64,000 nt of DNA from assembly GCA_964016885.1 (NCBI GenBank), contig OZ024745.1:6944001-7008000 (forward strand), in the 5' to 3' direction. Below the pieces are notes generated by a model. That model had not been told where the DNA came from. It was given only the letters and a program-made list of their open reading frames with translations, and did no database searches. Position numbers and translations under genes: made by a program. Shown here in pieces: positions 18,481-35,130 of this stretch (its first letter is position 1; each line of letters opens with the position of its first letter). The DNA is from Eledone cirrhosa. Its lineage: Eukaryota.

Positions 18481-21400
18481 GTATTGTATATTATATATAG
18501 TATTGTATAGTATATATAGTATTGTATAGTATATATAGTATTGTGTATAGTATATATAGTATTGTATATAGTATATATAGTATTGTATAGTATATGTAGT
18601 ATTGTATAGTATATATAGTATTGTATAGAGTATATATAGTATTGTATATAGTTAATATAGTATTGTATATAGTATATATAGTATTTTATATATTATATAT
18701 AGTATTGTATAGTATATATAGTATTGTATAGTATATATAGTATTGTATACTATATATAGTATTGTATACTATATATAGTATTGTATAGTATATATAGTAT
18801 TGTATAGTATATATAGTATTGTATAGTATATATAGTATTGTATAGTATATATAGTATTGTATATAGTATATGTAGTATTGTATATAGTATATATATATAG
18901 TATTGTATAGTATATATAGTATTGTATAGTATATATAGTATTGTATATAGTATATATATATAGTATTGTATAGTATATATAGTATTGTATAGTATATATA
19001 GTATTGTATAGTATATATAGTACTGTATAGTATATATAGTATTATATAGTATTGTATTGTATAGTATATATAGTATTGTATAGTATATATAGTATTGTAT
19101 AGTGTATATAGTATTGTATAGTGTATAAAGTAGTGTATAGTATATATAGTATTGTATAGTATATATAGTATTGTATATAATATATATAGTATTGTATATA
19201 ATATATATAGTATAGTATATAGAGTATTGTATATAGTATATATAATATTTTATATAGTATTGTATAGTATATATAGTATTGTATATAGTATATATAGTAT
19301 TGTATATAGTATATATAGTATTGTATTATATATATAGTATTGTATAGTGTATATAGTATTGTGTATAATATATATAGTATTGTATAGTATATATAGTATT
19401 GTATAGTATATATAGTATTGTATAGTGTATATATAGTATATATATTATTGTATAGTGTATATAGTATTGTGTATAGTATATATAGTATTGTATAGTATAT
19501 ATAGTATTGTATATAGTATATATAGTATTGTATAGTATATATAGTATTGTATAGAGTATATATCGTATTGTATAGTATATATAGTATTGTATAGAGTATA
19601 TATAGTATTGTATAGAGTATATATAGTATTGTATAGAGTATATATAGTATTGTATAGAGTATATATAGTATTGTATAGAGTATATATAGTATTGTATATA
19701 GTATATATAGTATTGTATAGTATATATAGTATTGTATATGGTATATATAGTATTGTATAGTATATATAGTATTGTATATGGTATATATAGTATTGTATAG
19801 TATATATAGTATTGTATATGGTATATATAGTATTGTATATGGTATATATAGTATTGTATAGTATATATAGTATTGTATATAGTATATATAGTATTGCATA
19901 GTATATATAGTATTGCATAGTATATATATAGGATTATGTAGTAGATATAGTATTGTATATAGTATATATAGTATTGTATTGTATAGTATATATAGTATTG
20001 TATAGTATATATAGTATTGTATAGTATATATAGTATTGTATAGTATATATAGTATTGTAAAGTATATATAGTATTGTATAATATATATAGTATTGTATAG
20101 TATATATAGTATATAGAGTATTGTATAGTATATATAGTATTATATAGTATATATAGTATTGTATAGTATATATAGTATTGTATAGTATATATAGTATTGT
20201 ATAGTATTATATAGTATATATATTATTGTATAGTATATATAATATTGTATTATATATATAGTATTGTATAGTATATACAGTATTGTATAGTATATATAGA
20301 AATTTATAGTATATATAGTATTGTATATAGTATTGTATATAGTATATATATAGTATTGTATATAGTATATATATAGTATTGTATAGTATAGATAGCATTT
20401 ATATAGTATATATGGTATTGTATAGTATATATAAAATTGTATATATTATATATAGTATTGTATAGTATATATAATATTGTGTATAGTATATATAATATTG
20501 CATAAAGTATATATAGTATTGTATATAGTATATATGGTATTGTATAGTATATATAGTATTGTATAGTATGTAAAGTATTATATAGTATATGTAGTATTGT
20601 ATAAAGTATTGTATATCTTATATATAGTATTGTATAGTATATATATCGTATTGTATATAGTATATATAGTATTGTATATAGTATATATAGTATTGTATAT
20701 AGTATATATAGTAGTGTATATAGTATTGTATAGTATATATAGTATTTATAGTATATATAGTATTGTATATAGTATTGTATATCGTATATATATAGTATTG
20801 TATAGTATATATATTGTATTGTATAGTATATATATTGTATTGTATAGTATATATCGTATTGTATATATAATATTGTATAGAATATATAGTATTGTATGTA
20901 GTACATATGGTACTGTATAGTATATATAGTATTCTATAGTATATATAGTATTTATATATTATATATATTATTGCATAGTATATATAGTATTTTATGGTAT
21001 ATATAGTATTTTATGGTATATATAGTATTTTATGGTATATATAGTATTGTATAGTATATATATTATTGTATATTGTATCATATAGTATATATAGTATTTA
21101 TATAGTATATATAGTATTTATATAGTATATATAGTATTGCATAGTATATATATAGTATTGCATAGTATATATATAGTATTGTATAGTATATATAGGATTG
21201 TATATAGTATATATAGTATTGTATATAGTATATATATTATTGTATAGTACATATAGTATTGTATATTATATATAATATTGTATAGTATATATAGTATTGT
21301 ATATAGTATTGTATATAGTATTGTATATATATATAGTATATATAGTATTTTATATATTATATATAGTATTGTATAGTATATATAGTATTGTATAGTATAT

Positions 21401-22400
21401 ATAGTATTGTATACTATATATAGTATTGTATAGTATATATAGTATTGTATAGTATATATAGTATTGTATAGTATATATAGTATTGTATAGTATATATAGT
21501 ATTGTATAGTATATATAGTATTGTATATAGTATATGTAGTATTGTATATAGTATATATATATAGTATTGTATAGTATATATAGTATTGTATAGTATATAT
21601 AGTATTGTATAGTATATATAGTATTGTATATAGTATATATATATAGTATTGTATAGTATATATAGTATTGTATAGTATATATAGTATTGTATAGTATATA
21701 TAGTACTGTATAGTATATATAGTATTATATAGTATTGTATTGTATAGTATATATAGTATTGTATAGTATATATAGTATTGTATAGTGTATAAAGTATTGT
21801 ATAGTGTATTTAGTAGTGTATAGTATATATAGTATTGTATAGTATATATAGTATTGTATATAATATATATAGTATTGTATATAATATATATAGTATAGTA
21901 TATAGAGTATTGTATATAGTATATATAATATTTTATATAGTATTGCATAGTATATATAGTATTGTATATAGTATATATAGTATTGTATATAGTATATATA
22001 GTATTGTATATAGTATATATAGTATTGTATTATATATATAGTATTGTATAGTGTATATAGTATTGTGTATAATATATATAGTATTGTATAGTATATATAG
22101 TATTGTATAGTATATATAGTATTGTATAGTATATATAGTATTGTATAGTGTATATATAGTATATATAGTATTGTATAGTGTATATAGTATTGTGTATAGT
22201 ATATATAGTATTGTATAGTATATATAGTATTGTATAGTATATATAGTATTGTATATAGTATATATAGAATTGTATAGTGTATATAGTATTGTATAGTATA
22301 TATAGTATTGTATATAGTATTGTATATCGTATATATAGTATTGTATAATATATATATTGTATTGTATAGTATATATATAGTATTGTATAGTATATATCGT
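18480..22400. repeat. Further rearranged copy of the left-hand higher-order unit
   Basis: It carries the same markers: GGATTATGTAGTAGA at 19931 and GTATGTAAAG at 20566. About 18680-19400 is repeated at about 21345-22100. Confidence 0.8.
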
Positions 22401-23180
22401 ATTGTATATAGTATATATAATATTGTATAGTATACATATTATTGTATATAGTATATCGCATTGTATATTATATAAAGTATTTTATAGTATATATAGTATT
22501 GTATAGTATATATAGTATTGTATATAGTATATATAGTATTGTACAGTATATATAGTATATATAGTATTGCATAGTATATATATAGTATTTTATAGTATAT
22601 ATAGGATTGTATATAGTATATGTAATATTGTATATAGTATAATTTAGGATTGTATATAGTATATGTAATATTGTATATAGTATATGTAATATTGTATATA
22701 GTATATATAATATTGTATATAGTATATATAATATTGTATATAGTATATATAATATTGTATATAGTATATATAGTATTGTATATAGTATATATAATATTGT
22801 ATGTAGTATATATAGTACTGTATATATTATATATAGTATTGTATATAGTATTTATATCGTATTGTATAGTACATATAGTATTGTATAGTATATATACTAT
22901 TGCATAGTATATATAGTATTGTATAGTATATATAGTATTGTATATAGTATATATGGTATTGTATATAGTATTGTATAGTATATATAGTATTGTATAGTAT
23001 ATATAGTATTGTAGAGTATATATAGTATAGTATATAATATATATAGTATCGTATAATCTATATAGTATTGTATAATATATATAGTATTGTATAATATATA
23101 TAGTATTGTATAATATGTATAGTATTGTATAGTATATATAGTATTGTATATATTATATATGGTATTGTATAGTATATATA

Positions 23181-26100
23181 GTATTGTATATATTATATAT
23201 AGTATTGTATAGTATATATAATATTGTGTATAGTATATATAATATTGCGTAAAGTATATATAGTATTGTATATAGTATATATGGTATTGTATAGTATATA
23301 TAGTATTGTATAGTATGTAAATTATTATATAGTATATGTAGTATTGTATAAAGTATTGTATATCTAATATATAGTATTGTATAGTATATATATCGCATTG
23401 TATAGTACATATCGTATTGTATATAGTATATATAGTATTGTATATAGTAGTGTATATATTATTGTATAGTATATATAGTATTTATAGTATATATAGTATT
23501 GTATATAGTATTGTATATCGTATATATAGTATTGTATAGTATATATATTGTATTGTATAGTATATATATTGTATTGTATAGTATATATCGTATTGTATAT
23601 ATAATATTGTATAGAATATATAGTATTGTATGTAGTACATATGGTATTGTATAGTATATATAGTATTGTATACAGTATATATAGTATTGTATAGTATATA
23701 TAGTATTGTATAGTATATATAGTATTGTATAGTATATATAGTATTGTATAGTATATATAGTATTGTATAGTATATATAGTATAGTATATAGTATATGTTG
23801 TATTGTATAGTATATATAGTATTGTACATAGTATATGTAGTATTGTATATAGTATATGTAGTATTATATATAGCATATATAGTATTGTATAGTATATATA
23901 GTATAGTATATATATTATAGTGTATATAGTATTGTATATAGTATATATAGTATTGTATAGTGTATATAGTATTGTATAGTATATATAATAGTGTATAGTA
24001 TATATAGTATTGTATAGTATATATAGTATATATAGTATTGTATATAGTATATATCGTGTTGTATACTATATATAGTAGTGTATAGTATATAGAGTAGTGT
24101 ATAGTATATAGAGTAGTGTATAGTATATAGAGTATTGTATATAGTATATATAGTATTGTATATAGTATATATATATATAGTATTGTATAGTATATATAGT
24201 ATTGTATAGTATATATAGTATATATAGTACTGTATAGAATATATAGTATTATATAGTATTGTATTGTATAGTATATATAGTATTGTATAGTATATATAGT
24301 ATTGTATAGTATATATAGTATTGTATAGTATATATAGTATTGTATAGTGTATATAGTATTGTATAGTACATTTAGTAGTGTATATATATTTAGTAGTGTA
24401 TAGTATATATAGTATTGTATAGTATATATAGTATTGTATAGTATATATAGTATTGTATATAATATATATAGTATTGTATATAATATATATAGTATTGTAT
24501 ATAATATATATAGTATACTATATAGAGTATTGTATATAGTATATATAATATTTTATATAGTATATATATTATTGTATAGTATATATAGTATTGTATATAG
24601 TATATATAGTATTGTATATAGTATATATAGTATTGCATTATATATATAGTATTGTATAGTGTATATAGTATTGTGTATAATATATATAGTATTGTATAGT
24701 ATATATAGTATTGCATAGTATATATAGTATTGTATAGTATATATAGTATTGTATAGTGTATATAGTATTGTGTATAGTATATATAGTATTGTATAGTATA
24801 TATAGTATTGTATAGTGTATATAGTATTGTGTATAGTATATATAGAATTGTATAGTGTATATAGTATTGTATAGTATATATAGTATTGTATATAGTATTG
24901 TATATCGTATATATAGTATTGTATAATATATATATTGTATTGTATAGTATATATATAGTATTGTATAGTATATATCGTATTGTATATAGTATATATAATA
25001 TTGTATATTATACATATTATTGTATATAGTATATCGCATTGTATATTATATAAAGTATTTTATAGTATATATAGTATTGTATAGTATATATAGTATTGTA
25101 TATAGTATATATAGTATTGTACAGTATATATAGTATTGTATATAGTATATATAGTATTGTAGATAGTATTGTATGTAGTATATATAGTATTGTATATATT
25201 ATATATAGTATTGTATATAGTATTTATATCGTATTATATAGTACATATAGTATTGTATAGTATATATACTATTGCATAGTATATATAGTATTGTATAGTA
25301 TATATAGTATTGTATATAGTATATATGGTATTGTATATAGTATTGTATAGTACATATAGTATTTTATAGTATATATAATATTGTATAGTATATATAGTAT
25401 TGTAGAGTATATATAGTATAGTATATAATATATATAGTATCGTATAATCTATATAGTATTGTATAATATATATAGTATTGTATAATATATATAGTATTGT
25501 ATAATATATATAGTATTGTATAGTATAGATAGTATTGTATATAGTATATATAGTATTGTATATAGTATATATAGTATTGTATATAGTATATATAGTATTG
25601 TATATAGTATATATAGTATTGTATATAGTATATATAGTATTGTATATAGTATATATACTATTGTATAATATATATAGTATTGTACATAGTATATATAGTA
25701 TTGTATAGTATATATAGTATTGTATAGTATATATAGTATTGTATATAGTATATATAGGATTGTATAGTATATATAGTATTTTATATAGTATATATATTAT
25801 TGTATATTATATGTAGTATTGTATATAGTATATGTAGTATTATATATCGCATATATGGTATTGTATAGTATATATAGTATAGTATATATATTATAGTGTA
25901 TATAGTATTGTATATAGTATATATAGTATTGTATAGTGTATATAGTATTGTATATAGTATTGTATAGTATATATAATAGTGTATAGTATATATAGTATTG
26001 TATAGTATATATAGTATTGTATATAGTATTGTATATAGTATATATATTATTGTATATAGTATATATATTATTGTATATAGTATATATAGTATTGTATATA

Positions 26101-29100
26101 GTATATATAGTATTGTATATATAGTATTGTATATATAGTATTGTATATAGTATATATAGTGATGTATAGTATATATAGTATCGTATATGGTATATATAGT
26201 ATTGTATATAGTATTGTATATAGTATATATATTATTGTATATAGTATATATAGTAGTGTATAGTATATATAGTATTGTATATAGTATATATAGTATTGTA
26301 TATAGTATCGTATATAGTATATATAGTATTGGATATAGTATATATAGTATTGTATATATAGTATTGTATATAGTATATATAGTGATGTATAGTATATATA
26401 GAAGTGTATAGTATATATAGTAGTGTATAGTATATATAGTATTGTATATAGTATATATAGTATTGTATATAGTATATATAGTATTGTATATAGTATTGTA
26501 TATAGTATATATAGTATTGTATATAGTATATATAGTATTGTATAGTATATATATAGTATTGTATAGTATATATAGTATTGTATAGTATATATAGTATTGT
26601 ATAGTATATATAGTATTGTATATAGTATATATAATATTGTATAGTATATATATCGTATTGTATATAGTGCATATCGTATTGTATACAGTATATATAGTAG
26701 TGTATATAGTATTGTATAGTATTGTATATAGTATTGTATATCGTATATAAAGTATTGTATAATATATATATTGTATTGTATATCGTATATAAAGTATTGT
26801 ATAATATATATATTGTATTGTATAATATATATATTGTATTGTATAGTATATATATTGTATTGTATAGTATATATATCGTATTGTATAGTATATATCGTAT
26901 TGTATATAGTATATATAATATTGTATAGTATACATAGTATTGTATATAGTATATGGCATTGTATATTATATAAAGTATTTTATAGTACATAGAGTATTGT
27001 ATAGTATATATAGTATTGTATATAGTATATATAGTATTGTACAGTATATATAGTATATATAGTATTGCATAGTATATATATAGTATTTTATAGTATATAT
27101 ACGATTGTATATAGTATATATAATATTGTATATAGTATATATAGTATTGTATATAGTATATATAGTATTGTATATAGTATATATAGTATTGTATATAGTA
27201 TATATAGTATTGTATATATATTATTGTATAGTATATATAGTATTGTATAGTATATATAGTATTGTATAGTATATATAGTATTGTATAGTATATATAGTAT
27301 TGTATAGTATATATAGTATTGTATAGTATATATAGTATTGTATATAGTATATATAGTATTGTATAGTATATATAGTATTGTATAGTATATATAGTATTGT
27401 ATAGTATATATAGTATTGTATAGTATATATAGTATTGTATAGTATATATAGTATTGTATAGTATATATAGTATTGTATATAGTATAAATAGTATTGTAGA
27501 TAGTATTGTATAGTATATATAGTATTGTATAGTATATATAGTATTGTATAGTATATATAGTATTGTATAGTATATATAGTATTGTATAGTATATATAGTA
27601 TTGTATATAATATATATAGTATTGTATAATCTATATAGTATTGTATAATCTATATAGTATTGTATAATATATATAGTATTGTATAATATATATAGTATTG
27701 TATAATATATATAGTATTGTATAGTATATATACTATTGTATAATATATATAGTATTGTACATAGTATAGATAGTATTGTATAGTATATATAGTATTATAT
27801 AGTATATATAGTATTGTATATAGTATATATAGTATTGTATATAGTATATATAGGATTGTATAGTATATATAGTATTGTATATAGTATATGTAGTATTGTA
27901 TATAGTATATGTAGTATTGTATAGTATATATAGTATAGTATATATATTATAGTGTATATAGTATTGTATATAGTATTGTATAGTGTATATAGTATTGTAT
28001 TGTATATAGTATTGTATATATTATATATAGTATTGTATAGTATATATAATATTGTGTATAGTATATATAATATTGCGTAAAGTATATATAGTATTGTATA
28101 TAGTATATATGGTATTGTATAGTATATATAGTATTGTATAGTATGTAAATTATTATATAGTATATGTAGTATTGTATAAAGTATTGTATATCTAATATAT
28201 AGTATTGTATAGTATATATATCGCATTGTATAGTACATATCGTATTGTATATAGTATATATAGTATTGTATATAGTAGTGTATATATTATTGTATAGTAT
28301 ATATAGTATTTATAGTATATATAGTATTGTATATAGTATTGTATATCGTATATATAGTATTGTATAGTATATATATTGTATTGTATAGTATATATATTGT
28401 ATTGTATAGTATATATCGTATTGTATATATAATATTGTATAGAATATATAGTATTGTATGTAGTACATATGGTATTGTATAGTATATATAGTATTGTATA
28501 CAGTATATATAGTATTGTATAGTATATATAGTATTGTATAGTATATATAGTATTGTATAGTATATATAGTATTGTATAGTATATATAGTATTGTATAGTA
28601 TATATAGTATAGTATATAGTATATGTTGTATTGTATAGTATATATAGTATTGTACATAGTATATGTAGTATTGTATATAGTATATGTAGTATTATATATA
28701 GCATATATAGTATTGTATAGTATATATAGTATAGTATATATATTATAGTGTATATAGTATTGTATATAGTATATATAGTATTGTATAGTGTATATAGTAT
28801 TGTATAGTATATATAATAGTGTATAGTATATATAGTATTGTATAGTATATTTAGTATTGTATATAGTATATATAGTATTGTATATAGTATATATCGTGTT
28901 GTATACTATATATAGTAGTGTATAGTATATAGAGTAGTGTATAGTATATAGAGTAGTGTATAGTATATAGAGTATTGTATATAGTATATATAGTATTGTA
29001 TATAGTATATATATATATAGTATTGTATAGTATATATAGTATTGTATAGTATATATAGTATATATAGTACTGTATAGAATATATAGTATTATATAGTATT

Positions 29101-32100
29101 GTATTGTATAGTATATATAGTATTGTATAGTATATATAGTATTGTATAGTATATATAGTATTGTATAGTATATATAGTATTGTATAGTGTATATAGTATT
29201 GTATAGTACATTTAGTAGTGTATATATATTTAGTAGTGTATAGTATATATAGTATTGTATAGTATATATAGTATTGTATAGTATATATAGTATTGTATAT
29301 AATATATATAGTATTGTATATAATATATATAGTATTGTATATAATATATATAGTATACTATATAGAGTATTGTATATAGTATATATAATATTTTATATAG
29401 TATATATATTATTGTATAGTATATATAGTATTGTATATAGTATATATAGTATTGTATATAGTATATATAGTATTGCATTATATATATAGTATTGTATAGT
29501 GTATATAGTATTGTGTATAATATATATAGTATTGTATAGTATATATAGTATTGCATAGTATATATAGTATTGTATAGTATATATAGTATTGTATAGTGTA
29601 TATAGTATTGTGTATAGTATATATAGTATTGTATAGTATATATAGTATTGTATAGTGTATATAGTATTGTGTATAGTATATATAGAATTGTATAGTGTAT
29701 ATAGTATTGTATAGTATATATAGTATTGTATATAGTATTGTATATCGTATATATAGTATTGTATAATATATATATTGTATTGTATAGTATATATATAGTA
29801 TTGTATAGTATATATCGTATTGTATATAGTATATATAATATTGTATATTATACATATTATTGTATATAGTATATCGCATTGTATATTATATAAAGTATTT
29901 TATAGTATATATAGTATTGTATAGTATATATAGTATTGTATATAGTATATATAGTATTGTACAGTATATATAGTATTGTATATAGTATATATAGTATTGT
30001 AGATAGTATTGTATGTAGTATATATAGTATTGTATATATTATATATAGTATTGTATATAGTATTTATATCGTATTATATAGTACATATAGTATTGTATAG
30101 TATATATACTATTGCATAGTATATATAGTATTGTATAGTATATATAGTATTGTATATAGTATATATGGTATTGTATATAGTATTGTATAGTACATATAGT
30201 ATTTTATAGTATATATAATATTGTATAGTATATATAGTATTGTAGAGTATATATAGTATAGTATATAATATATATAGTATCGTATAATCTATATAGTATT
30301 GTATAATATATATAGTATTGTATAATATATATAGTATTGTATAATATATATAGTATTGTATAGTATAGATAGTATTGTATATAGTATATATAGTATTGTA
30401 TATAGTATATATAGTATTGTATATAGTATATATAGTATTGTATATAGTATATATAGTATTGTATATAGTATATATAGTATTGTATATAGTATATATACTA
30501 TTGTATAATATATATAGTATTGTACATAGTATATATAGTATTGTATAGTATATATAGTATTGTATAGTATATATAGTATTGTATGTAGTATATATAGGAT
30601 TGTATAGTATATATAGTATTTTATATAGTATATATATTATTGTATATTATATGTAGTATTGTATATAGTATATGTAGTATTATATATCGCATATATGGTA
30701 TTGTATAGTATATATAGTATAGTATATATATTATAGTGTATATAGTATTGTATATAGTATATATAGTATTGTATAGTGTATATAGTATTGTATAGTATAT
30801 ATAATAGTGTATAGTATATATAGTATTGTATAGTATATATAGTATTGTATATAGTATTGTATATAGTATATATATTATTGTATATAGTATATATAGTATT
30901 GTATATAGTATATATAGTATTGTATATAGTATATATAGTATTGTATATATAGTATTGTATATATAGTATTGTATATAGTATATATAGTGATGTATAGTAT
31001 ATATAGTATCGTATATGGTATATATAGTATTGTATATAGTATTATATATAGTATATATATTATTGTATATAGTATATATAGTAGTGTATAGTATATATAG
31101 TATTGTATATAGTATATATAGTATTGTATATAGTATCGTATATAGTATATATAGTATTGGATATAGTATATATAGTATTGTATATATAGTATTGTATATA
31201 GTATATATAGTGATGTATAGTATATATAGAAGTGTATAGTATATATAGTAGTGTATAGTATATATAGTATTGTATATAGTATATATAGTATTGTATATAG
31301 TATATATAGTATTGTATATAGTATTGTATATAGTATATATAGTATTGTATATAGTATATATAGTATTGTATAGTATATATATAGTATTGTATAGTATATA
31401 TAGTATTGTATAGTATATATAGTATTGTATATAGTATATATAATATTGTATAGTATATATATCGTATTGTATATAGTGCATATCGTATTGTATACAGTAT
31501 ATATAGTAGTGTATATAGTATTGTATAGTATTGTATATAGTATTGTATATCGTATATAAAGTATTGTATAATATATATATTGTATTGTATATCGTATATA
31601 AAGTATTGTATAATATATATATTGTATTGTATAATATATATATTGTATTGTATAGTATATATATTGTATTGTATAGTATATATATCGTATTGTATAGTAT
31701 ATATCGTATTGTATATAGTATATATAATATTGTATAGTATACATAGTATTGTATATAGTATATGGCATTGTATATTATATAAAGTATTTTATAGTACATA
31801 GAGTATTGTATAGTATATATAGTATTGTATATAGTATATATAGTATTGTACAGTATATATAGTATATATAGTATTGCATAGTATATATATAGTATTTTAT
31901 AGTATATATACGATTGTATATAGTATATATAATATTGTATATAGTATATATAGTATTGTATATAGTATATATAGTATTGTATATAGTATATATAGTATTG
32001 TATATAGTATATATAGTATTGTATATATATTATTGTATAGTATATATAGTATTGTATAGTATATATAGTATTGTATAGTATATATAGTATTGTATAGTAT

Positions 32101-32760
32101 ATATAGTATTGTATAGTATATATAGTATTGTATAGTATATATAGTATTGTATATAGTATATATAGTATTGTATAGTATATATAGTATTGTATAGTATATA
32201 TAGTATTGTATAGTATATATAGTATTGTATAGTATATATAGTATTGTATAGTATATATAGTATTGTATATAGTATATATAGTATTGTAGATAGTATTGTA
32301 TAGTATATATAGTATTGTATAGTATATATAGTATTGTATAGTATATATAGTATTGTATAGTATATATAGTATTGTATATAATATATATAGTATTGTATAA
32401 TCTATATAGTATTGTATAATATATATAGTATTGTATAATATATATAGTATTGTATAATATATATAGTATTGTATAGTATATATACTATTGTATAATATAT
32501 ATAGTATTGTACATAGTATAGATAGTATTGTATAGTATATATAGTATTATATAGTATATATAGTATTGTATATAGTATATATAGTATTGTATATAGTATA
32601 TATAGGATTGTATAGTATATATAGTATTGTATATAGTATATGTAGTATTGTATATAGTATATGTAGTATTGTATAGTATATATAGTATAGTATATATATT
32701 ATAGTGTATATAGTATTGTATATAGTATTGTATAGTGTATATAGTATTGTATTGTATATA
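23181..32760. repeat. Tandem duplication of an about 4.8-kb unit (copy 1 about 23181-28008, copy 2 about 28009-32760)
   Basis: Identical ORF translations lie at 23364/28192 (offset 4828), 24390/29230 and 24638/29478 (4840), 26187/31015 (4828), and 26722/31531 and 27065/31874 (4809). The private variant GTATGTAAATT is at 23313/28141. Confidence 0.94.
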
Positions 32761-33239
32761 GTATTGTATAGTGTATATAGTATTGTATAATATATATAAT
32801 AGTGTATAGTATATATAGTATTGTATAGTATATATAGTATTGTATATAGTATATATAGTATTGTATATAGTATATATAGTATTGTATATAGTATATATGG
32901 TGTTGTATAGTATATAGAGTAGTGTATAGTATGTATACTACTGTATAGTATATAGAGTATTGTGTATAGTATATAGAGTATTGTATATAGTATATATAGT
33001 ATTGTATATAGTATATATAGTATTGTATAGTATATATAGTATTGAATAGTATATATAGTATTGTATAGTATATATAGTATTGTATATAGTATATATAGTA
33101 TTGTAATATATATATAGTATTGTATAGTATATATAGTATTGTGTATAGTATATATAGTATTGTATAGTATATATAGTATTGTATAGTATATATAGTATTG
33201 CATAGTATATATAGTAATGTATAGTATATATAGTATTGT

Positions 33240-35130
33240 ATATAGTATATATAGGATTGTATAGTATATATAGTATTTTATATAGTATATATATTATTGT
33301 ATATTATATGTAGTATTGTATATAGTATATGTAGTATTATATATCGCATATATTGTATTGTATAGTATATATAGTATAGTATATATATTATAGTGTATAT
33401 AGTATATATATTATAGTGTATATAGTATTGTATATAGTATATATAGTATTGTATAGTGTATATAGTATTGTATAGTATATATAATAGTGTATAGTATATA
33501 TAGTATTGTATAGTATATATAGTATTGTATAGTATATATAGTATCGTATATAGTATATATAGTATTGTATATAGTATATATATTATTGTATATAGTATAT
33601 AAATTATTGTATATAGTATATATAGTATTGTATATATAGTATTGTATATATAGTATTGTATATAGTATATATAGTGATGTATATAGTATATATAGTGATG
33701 TATAGTATATATAGTAGTGTATAGTATATATAGTAGTGTATAGTATATATAGTATTGTATATAGTATATATAGTATTGTATATAGTATCGTATATAGTAT
33801 ATATAGTATTGGATATAGTATTGTATATATAGTATTGTATATAGTATATATATTGATGTATAGTATATATAGTAGTGTATAGTATATATAGTAGTGCATA
33901 GTATATATAGTAGTGTATAGTATATATAGTATTGTATAGAGTATATATAGTATTGTATATATTATTGTATATAGTATATATAGTATTGTATATAGTATAT
34001 ATAGTATTGTATATAGTATTGTATATAGTATATATAGTATTGTATAGTATATATAGTATTGTATAGTATATATAGTATTGTATAGTATATATATAGTATT
34101 GTATAGTATATATATAGTATTGTATAGTATATATAGTATTGTATAGTATATATAGTATTGTATATAGTATATATAATATTGTATAGTATATATATCGTAT
34201 TGTATATAGTGCATATCGTATTGTATACAGTATATATAGTATTGTATATAGTATATATAGTATTGTATATAGTATATATAGAATTGTATAGTGTATATAG
34301 TATTGTATAGTATTGTATATAGTATTGTATATCGTATATAAAGTATTGTATAATATATATATTGTATTGTATAATATATATATTGTATTGTATAGTATAT
34401 ATATTGTATTGTATAGTATATATCGTATTGTATATAGTATATATAATATTGTATAGTATACATAGTATTGTATATAGTATATGGCATTGTATATTATATA
34501 AAGTATTTTATAGTACATAGAGTATTGTATAGTATATATAGTATTGTATAGTATATATAGTATTGTATATAGTATATATAGTATTGTACAGTATATATAG
34601 TATATATAGTATTGCATAGTATATATATAGTATTTTATAGTATATATACGATTGTATATAGTATATATAATATGGTATATAGTATATATAGTATTGTATA
34701 TAGTATATATAGTATTGTATATAGTATATATAGTATTGTATAGTATATATAGTATTGTATAGTATATATAGTATTGTATAGTATATATAGTATTGTATAT
34801 AGTATATATAGTATTGTATAGTATATATAGTATTGTATAGTATATATAGTATTGTATAGTATTGTATAGTATATATAGTATTGTATAGTATATATAGTAT
34901 TGTATATAGTATATATAGTATTGTATATAGTATTGTATAGTACATATAGTATTGTATAGTATATATAGTATTGTATAGTATATATAGTATTGTATAGTAT
35001 ATATAGTATTGTATAGTATATATAGTATTGTATAGTATATATAGTATTGTATAGTATATATAGTATTGTATATAATATATATAGTATTGTATAATCTATA
35101 TAGTATTGTATAATATATATAGTATTGTAT
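33240..35130. repeat. Partial, more diverged third copy of the distal part of the 4.8-kb unit
   Basis: It shares the rare variants TATATCGCATAT, AGTGATGT, TTGGATA, AGTGCATATCG and ATGGCATTG (GGCA at 26955/31764/34483) in the same order. Confidence 0.85.
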
